64,000 bases of DNA from Bacteroidota bacterium (lineage in GTDB: Bacteria > Bacteroidota > Ignavibacteria > SZUA-365), in assembly GCA_014860565.1 (NCBI GenBank), contig JACZJN010000162.1, positions 14,739 through 78,738 of the forward strand. The letters are read 5' to 3'. A program made the position numbers and the translations under genes. The notes below the pieces were generated by a model. It saw only the letters and a list, made by a program, of their open reading frames with translations. It made no database searches and had not been told where the DNA came from. This document shows, in pieces, positions 8,906-17,597 of this stretch (its first letter is position 1; each line of letters opens with the position of its first letter).

Positions 8906-9958
8906 ATGATTAAATTCGCACATCCGGAATATTTCATCTACATGTTGATCCTGCCTGCCATTGCAGCGGCATTGTGGTTCACCTGGTATCTGAAAAATCG
9001 CAGCATTCGCAGCTATGGCGATCAGCGCAGCGTGCTTTCACTCGTGGACAGGCGCAGCCGTGTTAAGTTTTGGCTTCGCGGAGGGATCGTGCTCCTTGCC
9101 TTTGCCGCGCTCGTCACCGCATATGCCAATCCGCTGATCGGAACCAAGTTCGAGGAAGTCACTCGCAGCGGTATCGATCTCATTGTGGCTATCGACGTCT
9201 CTGCCAGTATGCGTGCAGAAGATATTCAACCGAACCGCATCAGCGCTGCCCGCAAGGAGCTTCAGAATCTGATCAACAACCTCAAGGGTGATCGCATCGG
9301 CATTATCGTTTTTTCGGGTGATGCCTATACGCAACTGCCCCTGACGTCTGATTACAGCGCGGCACTGATGCTGACCGACGTCATAGATGCGGGCATGGCC
9401 CCGACGCCCGGTACCGCAATCGGGTCCGCCATCGAATTGGCACGAGAATCCTTTCGCAAGGAGGAAGGGAAGTACAAGGCGATGGTCATCATCACCGATG
9501 GTGAAAATCATGAGGACGACCCCGTCGCAGCTGCGGCGGAGGCTGCCAATGAGGGCATCGTCATTCATACGATCGGGATGGGATCGCTCGAAGGTGCGCC
9601 GATTCCGCTTTCCGCAAGAGGGGGAGAGCAGGGGTATAAAAAGGATAATGACGGTTCGATGCTGCTTTCCCGTCTTGATGCAGAAACGTTGAAGAAAGTC
9701 GCTGCCACCACCGGAGGCACATTCACCCAGGCGCTCAGTGGGAGAGACAACCTCGCAACCGTCTTCGATCAGATCGAGCGCATGGAAAAAAAGGAATTTG
9801 GCACGAAGCAATTCACCGATTATGAAGACCGCTTTCAGTATCTGGTTCTTTTGGGTCTGATTCTCCTGATATCCGAACTTTTCCTATCGGAAACACGCAA
9901 TCGCTTCCTGGCGCGTTTTTCGATCTTTTCGCCCAACGACGAACGGAGGAGATCCTGA
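8906..9958 (+). CDS. batB: BatB-type von Willebrand factor A domain membrane protein.
   Basis: N-terminal TMs. VWA motifs DLIVAIDVSASM and VIITDGENH are present, with a C-terminal TM (YLVLLGLILLISELFL). Confidence 0.85.
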   Translation: MIKFAHPEYFIYMLILPAIAAALWFTWYLKNRSIRSYGDQRSVLSLVDRRSRVKFWLRGGIVLLAFAALVTAYANPLIGTKFEEVTRSGIDLIVAIDVSASMRAEDIQPNRISAARKELQNLINNLKGDRIGIIVFSGDAYTQLPLTSDYSAALMLTDVIDAGMAPTPGTAIGSAIELARESFRKEEGKYKAMVIITDGENHEDDPVAAAAEAANEGIVIHTIGMGSLEGAPIPLSARGGEQGYKKDNDGSMLLSRLDAETLKKVAATTGGTFTQALSGRDNLATVFDQIERMEKKEFGTKQFTDYEDRFQYLVLLGLILLISELFLSETRNRFLARFSIFSPNDERRRS

Positions 9959-9959
9959 C

Positions 9960-10811
9960 ATGAAGCTGCGCAAGATGGTAATCACCGTTGCGTTATCCAT
10001 TCTCGCCGCTGGCGCGCATGCACAGTCGTATCGCAGTACCGTCAACGACGGGAACGATTTGTACCACAATAAGCAGTACGATCGAGCGCGAGAGAAATAC
10101 GAACAGGCAGCCATCGAGGAGCCGGAGCGTCCTGAAAGCTTTTTCAATGCCGGCAATGCCGCGTATCGCAATAACGATATCAAGGCCGCGCTGGATAAAT
10201 ATGAGAAGGCGGGGCTCCGCGTCAAGGACAAACAGACACTTGCACGTACGTTATACAATGCCGGAAATACCTTTCTGAACGCCGCGGAAAAAGGCGAAGA
10301 GAATCCCGCCCTGAAACAGGCGGCCGGGGAAGAGGCGGGGAATCTGCAGATGGAGGGCTACAAACAGGCGATCGAGATGTACAAGAAAGCCCTGAAACTC
10401 GATCCCAACGATCAGGATGCGAGGTATAATCTGACCTACGCTCGGAAGAAACTCGAGGATCTGCAGAAGCAGCAGCAAAACCAGAACAAGGATCAGAACA
10501 AGGATAAGAAGGATCAGAAGCAGGATAAACAGAAGGATCAGAAGAATCAGGACAAGAACAAGCAGGAAGAGCAGCAGAAGAAGGACAAGCAGGATCAGGA
10601 AAAGCAAAAGCAACAGAACCAGAAGGACAACGAACAAAAGGATAAGGCAAAGCAGGATCAGCAGCAGCAGCCCCAGCCGCAGAAGGAACAAAACATGTCG
10701 AAGCAGCAGGCCGAACAAATCCTGCGTGCACTTCAGAGAGATGAAAAAGAATTGCAGAAGAAGAAAAGGCAGCAGCAGGGACGCCGTATCAATGTCGAAA
10801 AAGACTGGTGA
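9960..10811 (+). CDS. batC: BatC-type TPR-repeat protein with a K/D/Q-rich low-complexity C-terminal region.
   Basis: Signal peptide, then TPR-like repeats (YNAGNAAYRNNDIKAALDKYEKA; YNAGNTFLNAA). The gene sits between the batB- and batD-type genes. Confidence 0.75.
   Translation: MKLRKMVITVALSILAAGAHAQSYRSTVNDGNDLYHNKQYDRAREKYEQAAIEEPERPESFFNAGNAAYRNNDIKAALDKYEKAGLRVKDKQTLARTLYNAGNTFLNAAEKGEENPALKQAAGEEAGNLQMEGYKQAIEMYKKALKLDPNDQDARYNLTYARKKLEDLQKQQQNQNKDQNKDKKDQKQDKQKDQKNQDKNKQEEQQKKDKQDQEKQKQQNQKDNEQKDKAKQDQQQQPQPQKEQNMSKQQAEQILRALQRDEKELQKKKRQQQGRRINVEKDW
10468..10700. repeat. Low-complexity purine-rich coding repeat (imperfect AAGGATCAGAA-like units) encoding the KDQ-rich tail of BatC.
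   Basis: Direct reading shows repeated cagaacaaggatcagaacaaggataagaaggatcagaagcaggataaacagaaggatcagaag... Confidence 0.8.
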
Positions 10812-10817
10812 CACAAC

Positions 10818-12659
10818 ATGATCCGGCGCACACTTCTATCGATTGTTATCGTCGCATTGTCGCTGCAGGTCCTGCACGCGCAGGAAACTCAGTTTTTCTG
10901 TAGTGTTGACCGCACCGAGGTGCCCGTCGGTCAGCAGTTTCAGGTAACCTATACGCTTTCTGGCGGGAGTTTGAGGCAATACAGCAATTTTCGGGCTCCC
11001 GATCTCAACCGGAATTTCATGACGCTCGCCGGCCCGTCGTCCTCACAGCAGATGCAGATTATCAACGGACGGGTTTCCGCGAGTATCTCATGGATTTACG
11101 TACTTCAGCCCCGCAATACGGGAACCTTCACCGTCCCTGCCGCGACGATCACCTACGACGGAAAATCCATGACGTCCAATACGGTGAGTATCAAGGTGAC
11201 ACGCGCGGTCCCGAATGCAGGGGGCGCGAATCAGCAGAAGCAGCAGGACAATACACCAGATGTGGATCTTGGCGATAACCTCTTTATTCGCGCGATTCCG
11301 AATCGGACGTCTGTCTATCTGGGTGAACCACTCACCGTCACCTATAAGCTTTATTCAAGGGTCGCATTTCAGCTCGATAATCCGATTAAACTTCCACGCA
11401 TGGTGGGATTCTGGTCGGAAGACATAGAAGCTCCCACGCAGTTGCAGCCTCGTGTCGAAGTCTATAACGGCCGTCAATATGAAACGTACATGCTTCGGAA
11501 AGTCCTCTATTTCCCCACGCAGTCAGGAAAGCTTACGATCGAGCCCTTTGAAATCGGCACAACGGTACGGGTACGGAAGCAGCGAAAAACAGGAAACGAT
11601 GCATTTGATCGCTTCTTCAGCGATCCACTGTTTGACAGCTATGATCATGTGAAAAAAAATCTCCTCACCCAGAAGGTGAACGTCACCGTGCGACCGCTTC
11701 CTGAAGACGGTCAGCCAAAGGGATTCTCCGGGGTAGTCGGTTCGTATGAGATGCGAGCGACGCTGGATCGCAACGCGATGAAAGCCAATGAAACCGCCAC
11801 TCTCAAAGTTGTCTTAACGGGGAAGGGCAATATTCGCCTTCTGGATGAACCGGTGATCACATTCCCGTCGGGCGTCGACCATTACGATCCGACCATCGAT
11901 GAGGACGCCAAGCCCCTTGACGGAACGCTTTCCGGCAGCAAGACATTCGAATACCTCCTTGTCCCTCGATACGCGGGGAAGGTCACCATACCGCCGGTTG
12001 TTTTCTCGTTTTTCGATCTCGACCTGAAGAAATATGTGACGCTTGAATCCCAGGCCTTTACTCTCGATATCGCCGAGGGAGACGTGCGTAAGAACGCAGG
12101 CGATCTCACTCAGAAATATGTCGATTACCTGTCCATGGATGTACGGGGAATACGTGAAGGCACCCCTCGTTTCGATAAAAACGTCTCGCACGGCATTCGG
12201 CCATTAATCATGTTGCTCTGCTATCTCATACCGGTAGTGCTGTTATTTGCCGCGCTCATGTGGAAGCAGCGATTCGACCGTTTGCATACCGATGTCGCCG
12301 GCATGAAGCGGCGGAAGGCGACGCGTGTTGCCGAACGTCGTTTGAGCGAATCGAAGAAGCATCTCGAGGCGGGGAACATCGATGCCTATTACCTGGAAAT
12401 CGCACGCGCGCTCTGGGGATATGTGCAGGACAAGCTTGATATTCCGACGTCCGAGACCGCAATCGATACCGTAATAGTACGTCTTCGAAATAGGAATGTG
12501 GATGAACTCGTCGCGGACAGGATGCGCAACGCCCTCGAAGCGGTTGAGTATGCACGGTTTTCACCGTCGAGGGCCAGTACCGACGAAATGCGCGCGTTGT
12601 ATGACCAGGCAAAAGAAGCCATTATCCAAACGGAGCAGGCGATGAGGTCCGTCGTATGA
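10818..12659 (+). CDS. batD: BatD-type protein (large secreted protein with a C-terminal TM anchor).
   Basis: 613 aa with a signal peptide and a TM near the C-terminus (LIMLLCYLIPVVLLFAALMW). It occupies the batD position, and its ATGA stop/start overlaps batE. Confidence 0.8.
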   Translation: MIRRTLLSIVIVALSLQVLHAQETQFFCSVDRTEVPVGQQFQVTYTLSGGSLRQYSNFRAPDLNRNFMTLAGPSSSQQMQIINGRVSASISWIYVLQPRNTGTFTVPAATITYDGKSMTSNTVSIKVTRAVPNAGGANQQKQQDNTPDVDLGDNLFIRAIPNRTSVYLGEPLTVTYKLYSRVAFQLDNPIKLPRMVGFWSEDIEAPTQLQPRVEVYNGRQYETYMLRKVLYFPTQSGKLTIEPFEIGTTVRVRKQRKTGNDAFDRFFSDPLFDSYDHVKKNLLTQKVNVTVRPLPEDGQPKGFSGVVGSYEMRATLDRNAMKANETATLKVVLTGKGNIRLLDEPVITFPSGVDHYDPTIDEDAKPLDGTLSGSKTFEYLLVPRYAGKVTIPPVVFSFFDLDLKKYVTLESQAFTLDIAEGDVRKNAGDLTQKYVDYLSMDVRGIREGTPRFDKNVSHGIRPLIMLLCYLIPVVLLFAALMWKQRFDRLHTDVAGMKRRKATRVAERRLSESKKHLEAGNIDAYYLEIARALWGYVQDKLDIPTSETAIDTVIVRLRNRNVDELVADRMRNALEAVEYARFSPSRASTDEMRALYDQAKEAIIQTEQAMRSVV

Positions 12660-13420
12660 AGATCATGATTCGCGTGTTGCTTCTGCTGATTGCCGCCACG
12701 GCACTCTCCTATGCGCAGTCTGCGACGCCACTGGAACGATACCGGGAGGCCGTCGCACACTATAAGAAAGCCGAATACCGTGAAGCCGTTCAAATTTTCA
12801 AGGAATTGATCGACGAGGGATACGTCAATTACGATCTTTACTACAACCTCGGAAACGCGGCCTATAAAAACGGTGATCTGGGTACCAGTGTTTTATCTTA
12901 TGAACGCGCGTTGACTCTCGACCCGGGGAATGAAAATGTAACGCATAATCTCAATGTCGTGCGTGCACGCCTGCGCGACCGAGTCGAGCCAATGCCCCTG
13001 CTCTTTTTCGTGAAGTGGTGGAATGACATCAAGGACTCCCATTCTCCCAACATCTTCTTTTCCTGGTCGCTCGTCTTTTTATTCCTCCTCGCCGCAGCCG
13101 TTTTTGTGTTCTTCGGCTATCGACAGCTCATACTCCGTCGGATAGCACTGATTGCCGGGATTCTATTCTTCACCGTGTTTGCTTCGGCGCTGACGCTCAC
13201 GATTACCAGAACCGAAGAACTCGATGCCCATCGATCTGCGGTGATCATGACGACGGAAGTGACAGTGCGGAGCACCCCGGATGCCACTGGGGTCGAAAGT
13301 TTCATCGTTCATGAAGGATTGAAAGTCGTCATTCTGGAATCGAAAAACGAGTTCTATAGGATACGGCTGGCGGACGGGAAGAGCGGTTGGGTGGAGAGGA
13401 CGGCGCTTGCCCGAATCTGA
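12656..13420 (+). CDS. batE: BatE-type TPR / TM / SH3b-like protein.
   Basis: Signal peptide, then TPR repeats (YNLGNAAYKNGDLGTSVLSYERALTLDP), two TM helices, and a C-terminal SH3-like segment (YRIRLADGKSGWVERTAL). Confidence 0.75.
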   Translation: MKIMIRVLLLLIAATALSYAQSATPLERYREAVAHYKKAEYREAVQIFKELIDEGYVNYDLYYNLGNAAYKNGDLGTSVLSYERALTLDPGNENVTHNLNVVRARLRDRVEPMPLLFFVKWWNDIKDSHSPNIFFSWSLVFLFLLAAAVFVFFGYRQLILRRIALIAGILFFTVFASALTLTITRTEELDAHRSAVIMTTEVTVRSTPDATGVESFIVHEGLKVVILESKNEFYRIRLADGKSGWVERTALARI

Positions 13421-13474
13421 TCGGTTGTATCTTTCTCGAGACCGTTGTAATATGCCTTTTGTGCAATTCACCTG

Positions 13475-14257
13475 ATGGCCTTCATGCGAAAGAGTATCCT
13501 TATTCTCTGTTTTCTCGTCCTGCCGGCCTTGGCATTTGCCGGTCGGCCTCCAGGCGGCGAGGATGACATCTTGCGTCCGGTTCCCTGGAGTATGCATGTC
13601 GGTCCTTACGCTGGTGGCGCGTGGATACTCAGCCAGGGGAACTTCAACACGCTGTGCGATTGCGAATACGGGAGCGGGAGCGGCGTGGGGTTTCAACTCG
13701 GTGCCTTTGCCGACTATCCATTGACGAATGACGTTTCTCTCTTCGCCACCCTGGGATACCGCATGCTAAATGCCGTCTATGAAAAGTCTCAGCAGAGGTT
13801 GGAGTACGTCCCTGTTTCTGGTGGTGGCGATTTCATGTGGGTGGATTTCGACCTCGAAACCCGGCTTTCGATCTCATTGATGGATATCAGTCTCGCAGCA
13901 AAATGGGATCTTCCCGTGAAGGGACTCTACCTGGCGGCCGGACCTGAATTCGGCCTTTCTCTCCTCGATAATATCGAAGAGACCGAAACTATTACCACGC
14001 CCGGACTGACCTACGACTCAAACGGGCAGGGGAAACAGACATTCATGGACGATAACCTGGACAGGTACTATTCCGATGCCGCGTCGTTCCGACTCGGTTT
14101 TGCAGCTCGTCTGGGATATATCCTCCCGATACATGAACGACTGGCTATTGCACCCGAACTGAGTATGTCGCTGCCGCTGACTCCTGTTGCATCCGACTAC
14201 GGCAGTTGGAGGCTCATGGCCTGGCAATTCAACGTATACCTCCGCTTCGCAATTTAA
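13475..14257 (+). CDS. Small outer-membrane β-barrel protein, paralog A, with a CDCEY motif.
   Basis: 260 aa with a signal peptide and amphipathic β-strands. It shares blocks with the next ORF: GLYL..G..FG, E.ITTPG, and the C-terminal PEL....PLT.V. Confidence 0.6.
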   Translation: MAFMRKSILILCFLVLPALAFAGRPPGGEDDILRPVPWSMHVGPYAGGAWILSQGNFNTLCDCEYGSGSGVGFQLGAFADYPLTNDVSLFATLGYRMLNAVYEKSQQRLEYVPVSGGGDFMWVDFDLETRLSISLMDISLAAKWDLPVKGLYLAAGPEFGLSLLDNIEETETITTPGLTYDSNGQGKQTFMDDNLDRYYSDAASFRLGFAARLGYILPIHERLAIAPELSMSLPLTPVASDYGSWRLMAWQFNVYLRFAI

Positions 14258-14279
14258 CACTCCATAAACCGGGGATCTC

Positions 14280-15062
14280 ATGGTATCCACTTCCTCGATA
14301 GTAAAACGCTGTGCGTCGCTGCTTGTCCTTCTGACCGTGCTGTTCGCAACCGATGGCAGTGCGCAGCGTCTGCAGAACTATCACGGATTCCAGCAAACCT
14401 ATCCCGGCGCAATAGCGATCGGTGTTCAGACTGGCCCGAATTTCAATTTTGCCGCCAGTGGCCCTTACGCAGATTGCGACTGTACTTTTGATGGCGGAAG
14501 CGGTATCGGATACCATGCGGGACTACATTTGGATATCCTCGTAAACCATTGGTTTGGTATACGTTTGCAGGGTTTATATGAAGACCATTCCACCGTATAC
14601 GTCAAGGATTTCGCCGGTAGCACCTTTGGTGATGACGGTGCGCCCGCTGCCGTCAACATCCAGCGAAGGGCGGAGGTTGGAATCCGATACCTAAGCACGT
14701 CTTTCATGCTCACCTGGGTCACCGGCCCGCAAGGGCTCTACCTTCTCTCCGGAGCCTCCTTTGGCTTTTTTCTTGATGGAACCCTCAAGGACGAGGAGTA
14801 TATCACCACGCCGGGCTATGTGTATCCTGGAACAAGTACAAGCCGCACGGTCTTTGCAGACGAGGGACTTGACGCGGCGCAGGATCTTCCGATGCGGGGT
14901 GGAATTGTCATCGGCGTCGGGTACGATCTTCCTCTTGCAAGAGGAATTTCCCTGGGTCCTGAGTTGCAGTTCGATTATCCACTTACCGCAGTGGTTGACG
15001 GCAATGCCGATTGGAATATCCCTTCACTCCGGGCCTCGGTTGCTTTGCGATTCGGACTTTGA
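14280..15062 (+). CDS. Small outer-membrane β-barrel protein, paralog B, with a CDCTF motif.
   Basis: 260 aa with a signal peptide. It is collinear with paralog A (QGLYLLSGASFGFFLDGTLKDEEYITTPG versus KGLYLAAGPEFGLSLLDNIEETETITTPG). Confidence 0.6.
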   Translation: MVSTSSIVKRCASLLVLLTVLFATDGSAQRLQNYHGFQQTYPGAIAIGVQTGPNFNFAASGPYADCDCTFDGGSGIGYHAGLHLDILVNHWFGIRLQGLYEDHSTVYVKDFAGSTFGDDGAPAAVNIQRRAEVGIRYLSTSFMLTWVTGPQGLYLLSGASFGFFLDGTLKDEEYITTPGYVYPGTSTSRTVFADEGLDAAQDLPMRGGIVIGVGYDLPLARGISLGPELQFDYPLTAVVDGNADWNIPSLRASVALRFGL

Positions 15063-15090
15063 CGCATATTCCGTAGAGATTTACGCTTGA

Positions 15091-15765
15091 ATGAAAACAC
15101 AGCAGATTGATACCACACTAGCAGCGATGATTGACCATACGCTGCTGAAGCCGGACGCGGGAGAGAACGATATTCTGCGCCTTTGCGATGAATCGCGTGT
15201 CTATGGTTTTGCATCGGTCTGCGTCAATCCAAGCTGGGTACGTCTCTGCAGCAACGTGCTTCGGGAATCCACGAGCAGCGTTTGTACGGTGATCGGATTT
15301 CCCCTCGGCAGCAATCGTACCGAGGTGAAAGTACGTGAAGCGGAAATGGCTATCCAGGATGGTGCGGTGGAATTCGACATGGTGCTCCACGTAGGGCGTC
15401 TCAAACAGGGAGACGCGGCCTACGTTGAGCACGACATCGCGGCTGTCACCGAAGCCGTGAAGGCTGCCTCGGAGAAATATATCGTCAAGGTAATACTCGA
15501 GACCTGCCTTCTTTCAGCAGATGAGATTCGCAACGCCAGCGCGATTGTCCGGAATACCGGGGCCGATTTCGTTAAAACCTCAACCGGCTTCAGCAGCGGC
15601 GGCGCCACGGTCGATTCGGTGCGGCTGATGCGTGCTGTCGTTGGAGAAGGATTCGGAGTGAAAGCAAGCGGCGGCATCCGGAATCGCCAGACAGCGATTC
15701 AAATGATCGAAGCAGGAGCAAACCGCATCGGTGCAAGTTCGAGTATAGAAATTGTCAGTACGTGA
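15091..15765 (+). CDS. deoC: Deoxyribose-phosphate aldolase.
   Basis: IDHTLLKP, VCVNP, and the Schiff-base lysine region VKASGGIR followed by a C-terminal AGANRIGASS. Confidence 0.9.
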   Translation: MKTQQIDTTLAAMIDHTLLKPDAGENDILRLCDESRVYGFASVCVNPSWVRLCSNVLRESTSSVCTVIGFPLGSNRTEVKVREAEMAIQDGAVEFDMVLHVGRLKQGDAAYVEHDIAAVTEAVKAASEKYIVKVILETCLLSADEIRNASAIVRNTGADFVKTSTGFSSGGATVDSVRLMRAVVGEGFGVKASGGIRNRQTAIQMIEAGANRIGASSSIEIVST

Positions 15766-15782
15766 TGATAGACGGAGGAATT

Positions 15783-16370
15783 ATGTCCATTGGCACATTC
15801 ATGAAGAGATTTTCGCTGTTTCTTATTTCTGCCTTCCTCCTGGGATGCAGTTCCAGCGATGAACTTGGCAAAACGGATCAGCAAAAACCGGACGAAAACG
15901 GCGCGTTTCAACGCGTCGACAAGGAAGAGCCCATTATTCCTGAGACCGATGAGCCTGTGACGCTCGAGGCTGTCGAGGATGAAGATGTCCCCACGAGTGA
16001 GACTCCCGTCCCAATGAAGGCTGCTTCCACAAAAGAGACACCTCCAACCGAGGCCGCACCTCCTTCACGTCAGGAATCTGTTCCCGTGCAGGCTGCTCCC
16101 TCAGCTTCGCCAACATCGGTTCCGCGCTCGGGCAGTATGATGTGGAGCGTGCAGCTTGGTGCCTTTAAAAGCGAGGCGGGCGCCTTCCAACTGATCGAGG
16201 AAGTCAAACAGAAATTCAATCAGCCGGTTTACAAGCGCTACGATCCGGTGACCGGGTACTATAAGGTAACGTTGGGTTCTTATCAGACGCGGGAGCAGGC
16301 TGCTGAATTCAAACTGGAAGTCCAGTCTCGCGGTTATCCGGATGCATTTACCGTGGAGGTGGCGCGTTAA
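15783..16370 (+). CDS. SPOR-domain lipoprotein.
   Basis: An RBS GGAGGA is present and the lipobox is LLGCSSS. A Pro/Thr/Glu-rich linker precedes a C-terminal SPOR-like fold (WSVQLGAFKSEAGAFQLIEEVK...YKVTLGSYQTREQAAEF). An in-frame GTG at 15762 is an alternative start. Confidence 0.7.
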   Translation: MSIGTFMKRFSLFLISAFLLGCSSSDELGKTDQQKPDENGAFQRVDKEEPIIPETDEPVTLEAVEDEDVPTSETPVPMKAASTKETPPTEAAPPSRQESVPVQAAPSASPTSVPRSGSMMWSVQLGAFKSEAGAFQLIEEVKQKFNQPVYKRYDPVTGYYKVTLGSYQTREQAAEFKLEVQSRGYPDAFTVEVAR

Positions 16371-16397
16371 TTTCTGTGATGGCTGCCGTTTGATGTA

Positions 16398-16913
16398 ATG
16401 AACATTCCCAGGTGGACATATTGCTTTTTGGTCGTAGGCGGAGCCTTGATTTTCTCCGCCTGTTCATCCAGTGAAGAAACTGCGAAAGATGCTCCCGGGA
16501 AATCAATCCGGGAGCATGAAGGGAACTTTGATCCGACGGAGTACCGTCGGAAGCCAGCAGAGCCGAAAGAGAATGCAGGGGAAGGGGAGATAAAAGCAAA
16601 GCCGGTGGAGCCCGCCTGGGTGGAGCGGACGGAAAAGTCTATGGGCTTTCGTGTCCAGCTCTACTCCACAACCAATATTGACGACGCCAAAGCCGTGCTC
16701 GAGCAAATGCGCTCGCGAATAGATTCACTGCACATCGAGGCGGGGAGGCTGGATATGAGTTTCGATGCCCCTTACTATAAAATTCGCGCAGGAGATTTTC
16801 TGGTGAGGGCGAAGGCCGATACGCTTCGTGAGCAATTACGTTCCGCAGGGCTCTCCGAGGCCTGGGTTGTCAGGGATAACGTGTTCCGAGTGATTCGGGA
16901 ACGGAAGAAATGA
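16398..16913 (+). CDS. SPOR-domain lipoprotein, second copy.
   Basis: Lipobox IFSACSS. The C-terminal SPOR-like fold reads GFRVQLYSTTNIDDAKAVLEQMRS...YYKIRAGDFLVRAKADTLREQL. Confidence 0.7.
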   Translation: MNIPRWTYCFLVVGGALIFSACSSSEETAKDAPGKSIREHEGNFDPTEYRRKPAEPKENAGEGEIKAKPVEPAWVERTEKSMGFRVQLYSTTNIDDAKAVLEQMRSRIDSLHIEAGRLDMSFDAPYYKIRAGDFLVRAKADTLREQLRSAGLSEAWVVRDNVFRVIRERKK

Positions 16914-16914
16914 A

Positions 16915-16946
16915 GAACGCGCTCCGTTTGGGAGCGCGTTCTTTTT
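16915..16946. terminator. Strong intrinsic terminator that could act in both directions, ending the long plus-strand cluster and also serving the minus-strand gene at 16965.
   Basis: A perfect 11-bp stem GAACGCGCTCC/GGAGCGCGTTC with loop GTTTG, followed by TTTTT. Confidence 0.8.
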
Positions 16947-16964
16947 AGAACGGATGATTTCGAT

Positions 16965-17411
16965 TCAGTCTTTGCTGACGAGAAGCTTCTGTTCAAGCTG
17001 CTTGGCAACCATAGTGAAGAATCCGTTCATGTCGTTCGTTGCCGTTGCAAGTTTTGGATCTATTAATCGTGGGGAGGAAAAAACCGTGCTCGCCAGGGAT
17101 GCCTTGTAGCGAATGCAGTGCGTGCGGCCATCCTTCACAAGATCGTCGATGGCGGTCTCCAGTGCTGCGAACTCCTGTTCCGGATATGCGATACGAAGAT
17201 GGAGGGCGTAGTACAAGCTGGATTCGACCAGGCCGTTATTTTCCGAGCTGAGCCCTGCGGTATAATTGGCTTCCGCCTCGGCAAGTCTGTCGATACGGGT
17301 TATTCCGAGTCCCGGGACTCCCTCGATAGCATCATTGTTCGGCTGTGCCCTGAGTACGGACATTCCTGCGATGGTCAGCAGGACGATCAAGATAGTGTGG
17401 ATGGTTTTCAT
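16965..17411 (-). CDS. Hypothetical small secreted protein.
   Basis: 148 aa. Signal peptide MKTIHTILIVLLTIAGMSVLRAQ. No recognisable motif. Confidence 0.45.
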   Translation of the reverse strand: MKTIHTILIVLLTIAGMSVLRAQPNNDAIEGVPGLGITRIDRLAEAEANYTAGLSSENNGLVESSLYYALHLRIAYPEQEFAALETAIDDLVKDGRTHCIRYKASLASTVFSSPRLIDPKLATATNDMNGFFTMVAKQLEQKLLVSKD

Positions 17412-17597
17412 GACTTCCTCTCTTTATGCGTTGCGTTTCGGTTCATCTGAAATCACATGGATGAATCTACGCGTTTCCCGTATCCGGGTTGTTTCGCAAG
17501 GGTCAGAAGTTGTCAAGAAATGTCATCGCGCAGGCGCGCGGGAAGGGGCAATCAGGTCAGGATACTTGCTACGCGACGTATACTCCGCAGCCGTCCG

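Noticed and set aside
6838-9811. Three long minus-strand ORFs (6838-7653, 8096-8923, 9038-9811).
   Set aside because: They are antisense to the DUF4381-like, batA and batB genes, whose plus-strand products carry clear VWA and TM features.
10251-10814. 187-aa Leu-rich minus-strand ORF.
   Set aside because: It is the reverse-complement reading of the purine-rich BatC low-complexity repeat, hence poly-Leu.
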